Below are positions 12,135-26,798 of a stretch of DNA of 64,000 nucleotides, piece by piece (position 1 is the first letter of the stretch; each line of letters starts with the position of its first letter). The notes beneath the pieces were generated by a model. It ran no database searches. It was not told the origin of the DNA and saw only the letters and a program-made list of their open reading frames with translations. The translations under genes and the position numbers were made by a program. This stretch comes from Catajapyx aquilonaris (taxonomy: Eukaryota), in contig KZ538288.1 in the NCBI GenBank assembly GCA_000934665.2, positions 1 to 64,000 on the forward strand, written 5' to 3'.

Positions 12135-12425
12135 CAAAGAGTTCTGCTATTATATAATATAATACCTAGAGGAGGTACTCCCTATCCTTTTCCATTAGAC
12201 AGGCTGAGGCAGCCGCCATCTTGTTGGAGGTCATATTGTTGTTCTAACAGTTGTCTAGCAACTGGGACAACAACCTATAATGACAACTGGGACGACAATT
12301 AGTTCAATAATGTCAGGCGTCCGCCATCTTGTTGGAGGTCATATTGTTGCCTGCATTGTTGCCTGCCTCACATTTCAGGCCGAGTGCCTCCTCTAGGTGT
12401 ATATATAATATAGCAGAACTCTTTG
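12135..12425. mobile_element. P-element-like (or hAT-like) MITE with an 8-bp TSD
   Basis: ~45-bp TIRs caaagagttctgcta...cctagaggaggtactc / gagtgcctcctctagg...tagcagaactctttg with a perfect TSD GGTATTAC. Contains two copies of the direct repeat ccgccatcttgttggaggtcatattgttg. Confidence 0.85.
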
Positions 12426-13329
12426 GGTATTACAACCGCAATGGGGGTTTCCATGGTCACTCTTTGTCAGTACGTAGATGCACCTAGCTCAGAAAACGAT
12501 AAATCTAGCCACTGTTGGTCACAATGTGTGTTTATAGTAAAGAGAAATGTAAGTTGAAAACTCGAACTCCGTCCAATCAGACTCTATTCTATCCATTTTC
12601 TAATTAGCAAGAGATATTTTATATTGATACTTTTTCCCATTACCTTGCCTGGCCTATATAGCAAAACGAACTTACTCTTGCTCATCAGATAGTGCACTGT
12701 TCAAGTCCCCAGTTCAAGAGTGCAAAGACATTGACTGTTCAGTCCAGCAACCAGTATTAAGAGGAGACACAATCACTAAAGAGTAAGTTTGGGCTCCAAA
12801 CGGCCATCTCTTTAGACCGGTTGCTGAGTGAACAATCAATAACATCTCCTTTCCCACTCTTGAACAGTGAACTTGAGCAGTGCACCACAAAGAGGAGGAA
12901 CAAATCACCAAAAATGAATACAGTTTTAAACAAGTTGCTGGGAAACGCTATTTTTATATTAAAACTGGCATAACTAATGTCCCGTTTCTGCTTGAAAAGT
13001 AGCCAAAAAATTTGTTAATCACTGCTGCGAACAATGGCTCATTTCTGACTGGTTAATATTTTCTGCAGACGATACTTCATTGTACCGGTTGCCATATTCG
13101 TAGACACTGAACGAAAGTGTAACTTTATGTACAAGAATGTACGCCCACTTATGAGCGCATGCCCTCAGTATTATCAATTTTTTTTTAATCGCTCTCCACA
13201 AAATTTGTTCATCAGATTCCTGGAGTGATTAACACTTCCTAACCCGTTCTCTCCCCCGTGGATACCAGTTGCCAGTCCTTTTCACTACCCAGTAATAACC
13301 ATTCCCCATCGCCCGAGTGATTTAGCGCC

Positions 13330-13670
13330 GCAATTGCTTTTCATGGCTCCCCCCCCCCCACCTCCTCGTACTACTACCCTCCTGATATGAATGAAGTGTT
13401 ATCCAAGCAGCCAGGTGAAACATAGCATCCCTCACCCAACGCAACATCGGAGGTTCTCCCAGGTACCAATAAATATGACAACAGAGGAGAGATTTGCTCT
13501 CCGTCTGGCCTCCATGGAAGCGATTCATCATCAGGGGGGTAGGTTTGGTAGAGTATAAGGTCTTTGCCATCTCCTGGTGAGGCATCTGCTCCAGATCTTC
13601 CGACCGCAAAGCACCACTTGAGTCCCCTGCCCTCGCATTCATTACTCCCAGCCGCCTATTAACGCTCCCT
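13330..13670 (-). pseudogene. Possible decayed LINE endonuclease fragment
   Basis: GVMNARAGD resembles the APE motif GDxNARTG, followed across frameshifts by TSFIS-GGSST-like residues. The similarity is weak. Confidence 0.25.
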
Positions 13671-14826
13671 CATCCCTTGTTACTGTGGCCCACGAAGCGT
13701 CAGCACATGTGTCACTGGGTAGTGATGCGAACTTCGGGAAAGTCCATAAAGTAGTTGCCTCCCAAAAATGTTTCGGACAAACTGTGAGGTTGGTCACCTT
13801 ACTCTACAGAGGTACTTGTAATATTATTATCTGCAATGAAATACAGCAATTGTCATACTTTAAAACGTACACTACAGGGTGTGCAGTTAGCAATAGGATG
13901 AAAAAGATGGGACTGCTTTTCTGCCCTGAAGCACATTCTGTTTGTCTTCCCTCTCACAAAAACCAGGGAGTGGGAAAAAGGATCCCACTTAATCTGCAAC
14001 AAAACATTCATTGCCACTAAAATCAACGCTAATTGCCCAATTCATCAGACAATAAAATCTCGACCTTTAAGACGACACACACCCAACGGCAATTAATGTG
14101 TCAACAAATAAGATAAGTGTCGCACTAAGGAATTTCAGTGGCTGCCAGCTTTTTTTTAAATGTGAATAAAAAATATCTTCCGTCACTATTGTCTGCTGAG
14201 GATCGATAAGCTGGCAGCTTATGATTTAACTGGATTTCGGATGAAGAAAAGAGAAAGAAAGACCTTAGGAATACCGATGAAGCTACTTCTGCAACGAAAA
14301 TTCTTTTTTTCCTCGCCTTTATCCAACTCCCCCCTTATTCATTCCTCATCTAGACTCCTTTTATTTGTTTCAGGCTGACTCCCCTGAAGAAGAAGAAAAT
14401 CGGGCTATACGTTTTCAACTCCCGGAAAAGTCGGAATTGATGAACATCCAGGGAGAGGAAATTTTTTTACACCCAAGTGAATGACTTAACCAACAACCCT
14501 CCGTAAAGCCCAGTGATTTACTCCTGTTCTACACCCCCCACCCTCTGCGTTCCAGTAATCAGCAAAAAGTTGGCTATTCGACCACCCCGATTCATTCCTG
14601 GGAGTGATTATGATTTTAAATCTCCCTGTGGGAGGAGGGAACGGGAAGAGGGGGGGGGGGGGGAAGGGAATAAATTTCCTGGCNCTGGCCCGAATCCAAA
14701 CTACCTTTTTACTGTCTTTAAAATCCACCTCCGAAAAGCTGGCTCCTGTCTGTGTGGTAAAGGAAGTTACAAATAGTAGCCTACTTCCAGATAAAAAAAT
14801 ATTCCAGATGTGACATTTTAATTTAA

Positions 14827-15055
14827 CTATAGTAGCGGACCAGTTGGCAAATTTTAGCAACACTGCTTGGTCCACCCCAACTTGGATGTAGTACAATAGG
14901 CCACTACCAGTTGGCGCACACACCACACTACATATCTCACGGCGAAAGATGCACGTTGGTGATGAGTCACTTCGCGGACAAAGTCCACCAGGGTTCTATA
15001 CTACTATGTCCTCTAATTGTTGAACTGGGAAAGTGAAAGCCATGCTAACTGCTAC
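14827..15055. repeat. Unclassified dispersed repeat (second copy at ~37390-37690)
   Basis: Shared blocks caaattttagcaacactgcttgg, ttggatgtagta, atgcacgttggtgat and tctaattgttgaac.gggaaagtgaaa occur in the same order in both copies. Confidence 0.65.
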
Positions 15056-17044
15056 CTAGGTGTTCACGGGGTGGAGTCACGGATTGTGAATTCTGTATAT
15101 CATAATATGGAGGCAAAGTCTACGTTCATACAACTGAGATTTCACATTTCCCCTTTAAATCTGGCCATTTTCCTTCTGCAGATAAATACCTTCCTCTTCT
15201 CTCTCTCTCTCTCTTTCTCCAGCAATGAAAATCTTGACTTCCGAGCAGTCACGGGCCAAGTGACAGTACAGGGAATCCAGAAGAAGCGTTTAGTTGGATG
15301 AATATGGGGAGCGATTATGCCCCAAAATTGTCCGAGCTATTATCACTCACCCCCCTTATAAGCAGCCGTGCCAAAGTACCACCCCAAAACCTCTTCATAT
15401 ATACCCCCACAGTCGAGGCTTTTGCGGAGAATAGCACGTATTTCCAGACTTTGTGTGTTCGCTTAAAAGAGACCCCGGCAGCTCTGCGGTTCAACCACTA
15501 TTCGTCCTCACCCCCACCATTTTAGAGAGGGTGCAGGGTTGGTAGAGAGTCATAAGTGCGGATAGTAATGGCCCGCTCGATTTAATTATACGAGCGCAAA
15601 TAAAGTGCTGGGGCCCTTCCCTCCCTATCTTCGCACTGACGTTGCCTGACAGCCGCTAACTCGACTCACCTAACCATATTTTTGCCCCCGGGAAAATAAT
15701 TATGACGTATCCAAAGTGGCAGTTGTATGCAAATGAGAGGCTAGAGGAAATCTCCCGCCAAAATCAGGACGTCTAACTCCGGACGCACTGTGAACAGGGT
15801 GTCCCACAACGATATCGACAATTCCTGTAGAACAACTGAATCAGAAGTTGTTGTTCAAACAACTAACATTACGCCAACCTACTGTACAAATACATGTAAG
15901 ATAGTACTTGAAATAAAAATTGCCGATTATTGCTTAAACTTACAAGTTCATAATTATCATTATCGTCATAAATATAAATGCCTGTGGCTGTCTTGAAGGA
16001 TTCAGCACACCTGTTTAAAATCTTCCAACAGCTTCCTACGGGTCTCCAGGAAATGTCACCTCAAAAAAAATCATAATAATAATTCCTGGTCGTACAGGTA
16101 CAGAGTAAAAATTCGAGTTGTGTCACCGGACAAATATCCCGAAATTCCCCTCTGGGCAAGTAGGACACACAGGCCACTCTGGAGTGCTCTCAGGCGAAAA
16201 GGCAGGCGTTGGACGTGTTTCCCTCCCTTGAATCTTGTTGATCCCCTCCCTCACTCCCTATCCTCCCATCCCATCCTCTCCCCACTTGCTGGTTTTCCCA
16301 CGTCCCACTGACAGGCCGTTGAGATGAAATGTGGGTAAGATTTTATTGGTGTCGGGGCGGTCAACACAGCCTCCCTCCCTCCCCCTATACCACCCACCCA
16401 CCAGGGTTTGATTCCTGATAAAAAGGCTCCTGAATTGCTGGCACGTCATCCGGATCACGCGCCCGGAATTTTCCCTTCCCAACTCCCCGGTTTATAATTG
16501 TCCACTTGTCCGGATTGTCCCCTTCTCTATACTTCTCAAGACTGCACTGAAAAACTTGGGGGAGCCTTATATATAGAGGCACACTCGAGAGGGTCGTTTA
16601 AGGGTGAATTCGATGCAGTGAATGGGATGGGGGTGAATTCTGAATTCCGATAGATGGCGCCACAGTTCCTCCCATGACGGCTCTACCGGATAGGATAATA
16701 GATGGCGGGAATTCGGTGCCAGGAATCAAAATGGACTTTTCTTCTGGTGGATCAGGTCGTTTGGGGAAAGAAGATGCTGACTGATCAGTTATTGACGATT
16801 TCTGGATAAATTCTTTAAATTTTAATATTTAAAAAATACATACCGGTATTTAAAATCATGGCCATGCAAAAAAAAANAAATTTTAATATTTAAAAAATAC
16901 ATACCGGTATTTAAAATCATGGCCACGCAAAAAAAAAAAAAAAACGCGTCACTGATCTTACTTCATGAGTCTCCAAGTCAGACACATCCACATAAATACA
17001 CTATAAAATAGCCGTGCTACCTAATATAAACTAAACCAATATAA

Positions 17045-17200
17045 CAAATGAAATAAATAAATAGTACCGTGAATGAATGAAAGAATTAATAAATGCTGTG
17101 AATTAATGAAAAATAAATAAACACTGTGAATGAATAAATAGTAGCCTACTGTGAATGAATGAAGAATAAATAAATACTGTGAATGAATAAATAAATAATC
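17045..17200. repeat. Degenerate AT-rich satellite (ctgtgaatgaataaata-like units)
   Basis: About five copies of actgtgaatgaat(g/a)aa with AATA runs. Confidence 0.7.
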
Positions 17201-19624
17201 GTAGGCATAGCGGAAAAATTCACTGCGTTAAAAAAAAACAGAGTCGAGATAAATGCAGGCATTTGCTTACATGCTAGTGACGACAGAAAATCCTGGGCAG
17301 CGTGGCTCATTATAAATCTTCAGCTCTAAATGGACTTCACAAGGCGATAGAGCAGAGCAAATGCTATGAATAAGTGACTCAAACCCGACAGTATTGGACC
17401 TAGTGGATTTCTCTATGTGGCCACAATGTACAGTACACTACAACTAATGGAAGATTTTCACGTCTCTTCAGACCACGATCACAAACATGGCCCCTGAATT
17501 TACTTGAAATGTATCACGCCGACTGGTTTCTCGTAGTATGACCAAATCCGGGTAAGAAAACGAAATTCGACCACTTTCAATAAACCCCGTCAATTCAGGA
17601 GCCCAGCCCCGGAAGAAGTGGCTGGGGAGATCCCGGAGAGAAAAATCTAAATGCTTCGCCGGTTTTCCACACTCCCTCTCCTCTACGACCTAAACCTTTG
17701 CCGGAAAGTCAACATGACGTCCTAATCCCTCCCAATGCCGCACTTGGATGCCTCAAGACGCAGTCGGCAGGATCGTAAAAATAAGAGTGGAAAAATTCAA
17801 TAAGGGCGGTGGTCCCCCCTTCTTTTCTTAGCGCCAAAACCTGAATCCCGGAACAAGTCTTTTCCTTTCTTTCTTCCCCGCCCCCCCTTCTTTGGAACCC
17901 CCCAAAAACGTCGCAATCAGGCGGGGGAGGGAGAGAAACCCCGAAGAAAAACTCATCTCTAAAACAAATTTCTTTACGTGCGATTGGAGACGACTGGAAA
18001 TTAACTTCCAGCCCCTTTTTTTTGACTTCCCATGGAGAGAACACGTGGCATTCTTCTACTTGACAAAAATCTGACATTAAATGTGTAAAAATCGAGCATT
18101 CCATTTTTTTCGCATAACAAAAAACCATTATCGTTAAAACGCCTGTGTCCTTTCAAAAATGGCAGCGAAATCTGAATGCATCGGATCATTCCACGAACAA
18201 TGCGAAGTTTTTTTTCGGAAGGCCACAAGTTTGCGGGGAAGGAAATACAGATCGCTTTTCTTTCACACCCTCTCCACAAGCACAAGGCGGAATAAAGAAT
18301 AAATAAGAAGAAAAAAAAGGAAGGAAGGGGGCGGATGACAAAAGGGCGGATATGGAAATGCGGGAGAAAAATGGTGAAAAAATAAGAATTTTCCTAGCTC
18401 ATGGTCGCACGTCCCCAGCATATTTTCCTCCCACATGCCTCTCATATTCCGCTAAACTTTTGAACAGTCGGGCGATCCCTCGCAACCAAATATGATTTCG
18501 ATTGTTGTCCTCTGAACGGGTCAACAATAATCAGCAGCAAGGCCACAAGCGGTTACGAGCAATCAGCGTCCATTTAAATATCTTGTTTACACGCAGCTGA
18601 TCGCCAAAATGGTGTAGGACAATCAAATTTCCCATTTCTGCCAAAACATTCGCAATTAGCAGTTATCAAGCCCAAGTTCATCCAAACTTCGAGTTCGCCC
18701 TAGGCATTAATCTGCGTATACTGAAAGTGACATAACAGTTCCGGCACATAACAAGAGATCGGCATCGTTGACATCTGGAGAAACGACACCTCCCAACCAC
18801 CCACACAAAACGCGGTCTCATTTCCTCTCTCGATTCCAAAAAAAAAAATTACATAGTTCCAACTCGTTATTGTTCTTCAACACGACAAAGTCCTCTAGAT
18901 GCCATCCAGTTTTTGGGAGAATTGATTAATCAGACGGGAGAGTGAGTGGGAAACCGAAATATTTTCATGGGAAGACTACCCCCATTTATCACCCTGGAAT
19001 GGGTGGGGGAGAAGCCCCTTATAACTCAATCTGACGCTTAACATGAAGCCGCTTTCTTTTTGCGGGCAATATCGTTAACCTCGCATTATTTTTTTTCCAG
19101 CCACCAACTCTCTCCGGTAATGAACTAAGACGTGATGCTGTTTCGCATCGCTAAAAAGGATGTAATTAATGATGCCTCCAGATTCGTTCCTTCTTCTGCC
19201 ATAATTATGAAAAACTGGAGCTTTAGCTCAAGCTACAACAAGGTGGGGTCAATGCCTAATATTTTTCATAAGATATGTGTGGGTCACTCTGTTCTTTTTC
19301 TATAAAAAAAAATATTTTTGCATCCAAAGTGCCGCACTCTCAGAATTCCCAAACAGCCACGCGATTTATACCACCATAATTCTGCGGCAGGCAACCCCTT
19401 CCTTTATAAGTCATTTTTCCGCCGCCGGTCTAGCCCACAATCGTTGTGGGTAGGGGCCAAGCGACGGATATAATTCAGTAGTGCATTAGTATATAACCCA
19501 TGAGCTCGTATTTTTTGAGGAGGACACAGCAGGACGTGACTACAAAAATTTTAAAAAAATCTGCGGCTTTCATCCTGTAAGGTATGCAAACCAAACAACG
19601 TCTGCCTCGAACGTGCGCACAGCG

Positions 19625-19812
19625 AACAAAAAATTATTACTGTAGGCCTACCCAAAAATTATTATTACTGCATACGAAAAATATTATTGCATACAAAGAT
19701 TATTGTACACAAAAATTTATTACTGCATACAAAAATAATTACTACAAGCAAAAATACTCTGTACACAAAAAAAAATATTCTTGCATAAAACTTACATAAA
19801 AAAATTATTGAA
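19625..19812. repeat. Degenerate ~20-bp AT-rich minisatellite; a related inverse-orientation tract lies at ~22040-22545
   Basis: Recurrent aaaaattattactgcatac-like units. Confidence 0.55.
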
Positions 19813-22186
19813 CCCAAGAGCACGTCAGCCTTAATTTCCAGCACTTTGAACATTTGCAATCTGTTTGGTAGCAATTGGCAGTCACTCACATGTTGTCGCT
19901 TTTGTAACACCTCTTTAATGAAATAAAACGCAGGTACGGATCGGTGCTGCTCAAAAGAGGTCCCCGTTTAGCGATTCGACCTATGGTGCTGGTGTGATGG
20001 AAGGATTTGCACGCAAAAAATAATCAAACGCGTCAAAAAATCGACGAGTCGTGCTAAGTGGTGCTGTCACACTTTTTTTTTTTTTTGGCACAACATGCGC
20101 CCCACTGGAATTATCCGGAATCGAAGTGACTCCATTCTCTTTCAGTGCTCGAAAATCGCGGTGGAACTTATCGTCTCGGCGTGGTTTTGCAATCTAATGC
20201 TGGGTTAAGTTCGTAGGCAAACATTAATTCAGTAATGAGGCGTGTGGAATGGACTCCGTAATGGAGAGAAGCTTGGAAACTCTGCACAATTTCGCACAAA
20301 AAAAAGCGATTGTTGATGGTTCTATTGAATCGAATGACAAAAATTGCGCAGAAAATTTTCGCAAAAATCGAGTGTGCACGGAACTAAATGCAGCTGCGTT
20401 CAAACGTAAAATATCTGAAAATATTTGCTGGCACATCGTAACTCATGGACTAATGTAAATTTAAAGTCGGGCCATATCTTCAAATACACACCTTCTTTTT
20501 TTGCATGCGAAAAAAAAGATCAAGACAAATGTAACCGGTGGACATCACTTGCCGGCCTAGAAAATGAAGCGGAAAAATTCTCCCAAAACCAAGAGTGACA
20601 GTAATCCCACGGTTTGGGTACGAATCTGACCCGCGGAGTCGATGCCTTGAATTCGGTGGGGCCATCTCAGATTCGGAGAATGAAGAATATCTTCCAAATC
20701 CACCTTCTTTTTTTTCTTCTTATTCTTCTTCTTTTCCCGTCTTCTTCGTCTTCTACCCCCAGAGTGATAAATTGCAACGGGAAGAATGCCTCGCCAGGGA
20801 AATCCCCCAGACGATACCTTCCCCTGCCACACTCTCAGGGTTTGGAAAATGGAGAAAATTCGGCGCTCCCCCGGATTTTTTCCAGTGAAGACGAAGATGC
20901 CTTTGTTGTCATACCGAAAGATATTATACCGGGAAGCGACGGATGCGGAGGAAAAAAAAGCAAAGTTTTCTGTGTCCCAAAGACTACGGGAACGCACAGC
21001 ATGTAATGAGATTTTCCATCCCACCTAGCACCGAGTACGGTACAAAAGTGAACTGGTCTTTCCCTGAGTAAACCTGCTGCATAATTCCATTAGATCACAT
21101 TGTTTTTGGTTGGTGTTCAGCCGACAGAATCCGGTCGTTTGTATACTCTATGATGTGAAGGTACGTGCAACACTATCCCCAGAAGGCAGCAAACTATTTT
21201 CTGAGGATAATGCGTTCCCCTTTTACCACTTAGGCATTGTTAGGGAAAAGGAGGGGGCCGCTTATAATTGCAGCGTTTGCGTCGTTTAATTGAATCATTG
21301 CCATTCCCCAGTCGGAATGTTTAGCTTCTAGAAAACAAGGCCATAAATATGGTCCCGAGCAACGAAAAATGTGTGCCATTATGCAAATTTATTCTGCAGG
21401 AGAAAACTGGGGGACGGGTTTTTTTTTTAACTATTCGCAACTGGAATACTTTCAATTATGCACACGCTTCTAAAAAAAATTTGTCGTGTTCACTTAATGG
21501 TATTGCCGCCCATGCGATCGTAAAGTTTGTTTTAAAAAAACAATAAAGCCCGATATTAATTCCACAAAAAAAAAAATATGTCGTACCAGTTGAACCGTAC
21601 ACGGAAATCCACTCTCTATACTGGGACACACGATATTTTCGGGCTGCTAATTCCTCATACCCATCCGAGCATCTAACTCTGTATCGATCCCGGTTTGATT
21701 TATAGGCAGGTGTCAGGACCCCCAGCGTGTGTACATGAGATTTTCCTCGAAATATTGTCCTCCATAAAACCCCTGAATGATTGCTTCTCGCCTGCTCGGA
21801 TTCCTGCCCCGGGCCCATTTTTTTTTGTTTATGGCCCATGTTGACTGAGCTTGGCATGTTTGCTATGAAAGTGCGGCTTAAAATCAGCTATAACAGTGCG
21901 TTAAAAAATCTGCTTCCATCTATCGGCCATTTTCAAAACTACTTCAACGCACTGCTGCCACCTGTCGGCCATCACCACACGATATACTGACTCAACCCTT
22001 AATCGACTAGAAGCAATGTGCGATTTTATTGCAAATCGATATTTGTGTGCACATAATTTTTGTATAATAATGATTTTCGTATAAGAACATTCCATAATAT
22101 TATATAGTCAAATATTTTCGTACAATAATTTTTGCACAGCCTAATGTTATAGTGCAGTAATTTTTTTGTACTTGTATAATCTAATA

Positions 22187-22331
22187 CAGTTGAATCCGGA
22201 TGTAACAAACTTTGGGTTATAACAGACTCGAAAGGCCGATCCCGCCATAATTCCATACATTCCATTGTGTATTCGGCTATAACAGACCGATTTCCGAGGT
22301 CATTTAAGTATGTTATATCCGGATTGAACTG
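22187..22331. mobile_element. Short copy of the same pogo/Tigger-like MITE family
   Basis: TA|cagttgaatccggatgtaac ... gttatatccggattgaactg|TA. Confidence 0.85.
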
Positions 22332-25300
22332 TATTATGGTAAAATATTTTTCTGTAGTCTAATATTGTCATGCAATTATTTTTTGCACAGCCTATAACAT
22401 GCAGTAATTTTTGTACAGTCTAATATTTTCGTGGAATCTTTTTCTGCAGTCTAATATTGTCATCCAATAATTTTATGCACAGTCAACATTTTCCTTACCT
22501 AATTGTTCAGCAGTTTTGTATAATAATTTTGTATAATATTTTTTTTATTACACGTTCGATATATCGATCTGCACTTTTTAAAATTTATCGACCTCGATAT
22601 AGAGTGAATATATTGCAGCGTGAAAATTCAATACAGTATATCGAAATATCGTCTCTTTTGGCGCGTCCATACGACGATGGCCGCAGCACAGGTGGAAGGG
22701 AGAGAGCCAGAAATTTCATCGGTTGTAACCGTGGCGGTCCCATATCGTAAAAAGTGGTCCTCCCCATCCTACATGCAAGCCAATTTCCGGTCCAAATTGC
22801 AAGTAAGTTTCCACAGCTCCCAGCCCGAGTCGTGATGGCCATTTTGTGTCCTTAAGCATCCCAATTGAAAAGCACTGCTGGCAATTACCGGTCCGGACTT
22901 CCCGTTCTCAGCCCCCAGTGTACCGAAATCGCTCATTCCGAGTGCCGCTTCTATCTGGAGGAAATCGCCGCCGTCTATCCAATCGTAACTGTCCTAATTA
23001 GAATAAGATCCCTCTTTATGACGCCCCCACTCTTGCGAGCTGCGTATACCTTGCTATTGCTGGATGGGATGAAAAAAAAAAACTGACTTGGCCATTTCAC
23101 TTCCGAGTTGGTTCTTCTGAAAAATATATATCAAGCCATATATGTATCGACTGAATTTCTGCCGTTCGCTGTTGGGTTCTTGTATGCTCTAGGCCCAGAG
23201 GGGCTCCAAGAGTTGCATCAGAGAGAAAAATACTCCCAACACTCCAGCTCCACGTGTAGCAAAAAAAATGCCAGGAAAATAAACATCTGCACAAGCCATT
23301 GCCTGGTGGAAAGGAGAAAAGTTTTACACTACAACAGCTTCAGGACGTACTGTCCAGCAGAGAAAAAGCGAACATAAATCGAGCACATTTCCTTCGAAAC
23401 ATCTTGGAAAAATTCACCTGATTGTCCGACCCCCGCAGAAAGGACTCGCTGCATCACCCTGTACATAAATTATGGCCGCTATTTTCGGGGGGAAAAACCC
23501 CTACCTGCGCTAGACAACCGTGCGGAAGTACTAGAATAAACATCCGTACCTGGGAAGCTTAGTGTCCAAAATAACCAGCAATTAACGCAACTGCGACTAC
23601 TAAAAATAGCCAAAAAAAAATCTCCGGACCCACATAAAAATTCCGGAAACAGAAACAGGTGCTCCCTGGGTATAAACAATAGCACTAGTTAACCCCCCCC
23701 CCTTCTATTTACACCCCCCCAGTAACACGGGGTTAATTAGCCAACCCTCCCCAAAAAAATCACGAATTATCCCTGCATTTTCCGCCCATCCTTTTTTTTC
23801 CATAGATTCCCCCACTACCAGAGCACCCATTATGGAACAACCCCCCACAACCCTTTCTTTTCATTAAGCCCTGCAATCACGTTTCCGCATTTTGTCATAA
23901 TCAAGCTTCCACTCTGCACCACCCCAGCTCTCCACATATGAAAGCAAACGCCACAGAAGCACATCGTAAGTCAATAAGGCGCGGCCAATGGAACCGCACT
24001 GTTCATAAAGTGGAATTAGATTCACTGACGAGTTTACTCCCGTGTTCACAGAAATTGTTTAAACAGTTCACGTCGAGGGTCCCATTTGTAGCCTTGGAAT
24101 TACTTCCGGACAATTTTTTGCGTAGGACTCTTTTTTTTTAACGGGCTACCGAATTCATAACAATAAGGAGTTAATGTGCAAAGAAAATGTCAACCAAATG
24201 TCTCTATTTCCCATGTTTGTCCGAGCTGATAGTACCAAGCTATGGCCCTGAGTGGCAGCACTGTGCGGAGAGGGATGGTACGCCATCTATGAAATGAGAA
24301 TGGCTCTAAATGGACAGTCGGGAGACACATGTCCTGAAAAGGGACGTCCACACCCAGCCCCCTTTCTTAATAACAAAAAGGAAAAGATATAGACGGGGAG
24401 AGGGAGAGATGGCTTAGGCACGTCTTGTGTTCCAGCGTCCCTGCCACGTCGTGACGACGCCAAGATACTTCCTGACAACTTAATTGATGTGGAAGTTTCC
24501 TTACTCTTTCCCAAGGCGAGTACAGAGTTTCCTCCACGCCCAACTCAATTAGGTTTCCAAGTCTTTGCCAGTTCTAGAACCCTGTTCAAGAGGACCGCCT
24601 TTTTGTTAGTCGAGTGCAGGCTTCTATGTACAGTACACATTAGGATGTGAACCGCATTAAATTTCTTAAATACTTCCTTTAATGCGATTAATTTCAGCTA
24701 GTAGGACAACAGGGCCTTATATAAGAGTACAGCTTTTACCAAAATCTGATAACATTTTCCGGTCATGTAAATTATTGTTTACTGTTCAAAGTAACCCGGT
24801 TCGTTAATTCGACCCGTAAATCGCAAATTACACCCCTTCAAAAAAAACACCATAAATTCAACAACACAACAAAAAAGGCCATATCTGCCTGGGTCATCCC
24901 CACGTGACCTCCGACACGTGCTGCGTCTCAGCACGTCCTCTTTTTTTTTACTTCACCCAGAAATCTTTTTTGCAGCTTACCAGACACCCTGCAGACTCGT
25001 GCCAAGAACCCAGAGACTAACTGCTGCGATTACATCCCGTACGTTTTGTCTCACGTTTCGCTGCACATGTTCCAATTTTTTTTTTTGGGAGGTTGACGCC
25101 AGGGTTGGTAATCATGGACGGGCCAATGTCTCATGGGGGACAGTCCCCTCTTCTCTATACTATAGGCGTCCTGCCCCCCCCCCCCCCCTTAATTAAGCCC
25201 CCCCTGGAATCGATCTCAAACACCCGTGGGTTTGATCACTAGGTGTGGGAAAAGGTCGATGATGAATGCATCCTCTGATTTCAACCCCGGGAGAGGTTAC

Positions 25301-26798
25301 GGATATCGTTTATTATCTTCTCCCAACCAATTGCTTCCATGTGTCGATATTGTCTGCGTCTCATCCCAAAAATTCAATATCGGCTTTAAAAAAACGGGAG
25401 CAATTTTTTTGTCCCTCTTGACAAAATGTGTCCGAAACTGTCAATCAAAAAATTTGCTTTCATTTTTTAAATGGCTTCTGCGTAATTTTTTTGCTATTTT
25501 TCACATGGGCTCCTCCTCTTTCCTCCTTTCCCTTTCAAGCCAATGGAGTTGCCTTCTTCACTTTCACGCCCGCCAACCTCCCAGGCCGCCTTTCGCACTT
25601 TACAAGGCGAGATGTGCCTGTCTGCAAGAATTACCACTACCTCTAACTGATGCTCGGAAGGTCCTCTTCCTCCGCCATGAAGCTGTTGGACACGGAATCC
25701 CTTGATCCCCACCCTCCACTGTATACCAGCAAACCTTCCTTTCCCCTTCCCCAATCAATACTGTTTACCTCCATCGACACGAACTGGAAAAGGAGGAAGA
25801 GTAGATGAGGAGAGTGGTGGTCGACGACCCAACAAAGGCCAGTTGTTATTGGCAGGTTGGGCTGAAATCTCTCATCTAAAGTCCAAATGATTAAGAGCCG
25901 CTATTCAGGTGCGTCAACACTTATTACTCCGGTTGTAAGTGGTGCTCAAACTGAACCACCAGCAAAAGGATGCCTATTCACTTTACCTGGAAAGCACCAA
26001 TTTATTTCTACCTTATTCATTTTCGACACATACTCACGACATGGCGGCTAACCAGTGGACTGTTACCAAATCCTCCGAAAACACACGTTCTTATCCCCAA
26101 GGCTTGGCAAAGGCGGATTATTCCTAGCTAATTACCGCCGGATAATAGCATGCCATGTCGATATTACTCTGCCACCTCCCCCCCCCCCCCCAAAAAAAAA
26201 AAACCCTTTCCGCCAGTGCTGAAATGCGATCTTTCATAGCTTAATTAGAAAAAACAACCCACCTTTTCAACCCATCATCATCTCCTCGTCTGCCGTTACA
26301 CTTTCAGCGCCCGTAATTAGCCGCGGAATGTACCACTTTTGGCTATGGGTCAGGACTTTGAGGAAGGAGTGGGGTGTATTATAGTACCTCCCAACAATTT
26401 CTCATCCATAAGGTAAAAACAGCCCCACAGCTGGCCAATGCCTCGTAAATCCCCAACCAAACCGAGAGGACTAGGAAATGCTGCGAATTCCAGCTGCGCC
26501 CCCGTGAATTCGAGAAAAGGTTACTTGATTGCACTTCTGTCCTACTCAAACGCTCCATTCAGGCATACCTTGCGAGTTACAGATGGCGCAATGATCGCCA
26601 GCCAAACCCCCATAAATTCTAGGCGTCTCCCTCCTTAATGGAGGACCGGCCTATATACCTCTCCCTTAAGCGTTTCGGATAAGGTTTCCCGTCAATGGAT
26701 TACCACGAGGGGGAACCTGTACCTGCCTGTTAAAAGCCGGGATCCTGAATTATGCAACCGCGTACACTGAAACCTCCTGCGAGTACAGGCGCAGAAAA

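Noticed and set aside
16817..16944. ~58-bp direct repeat on either side of a single N
   Set aside because: Typical unmerged contig overlap at a scaffold gap; probably an assembly artefact.
20700..20900. Strong plus-strand acceptor-like tract with overlapping ORFs
   Set aside because: It is (TTC)n low-complexity sequence with no coherent plus-strand exon chain.
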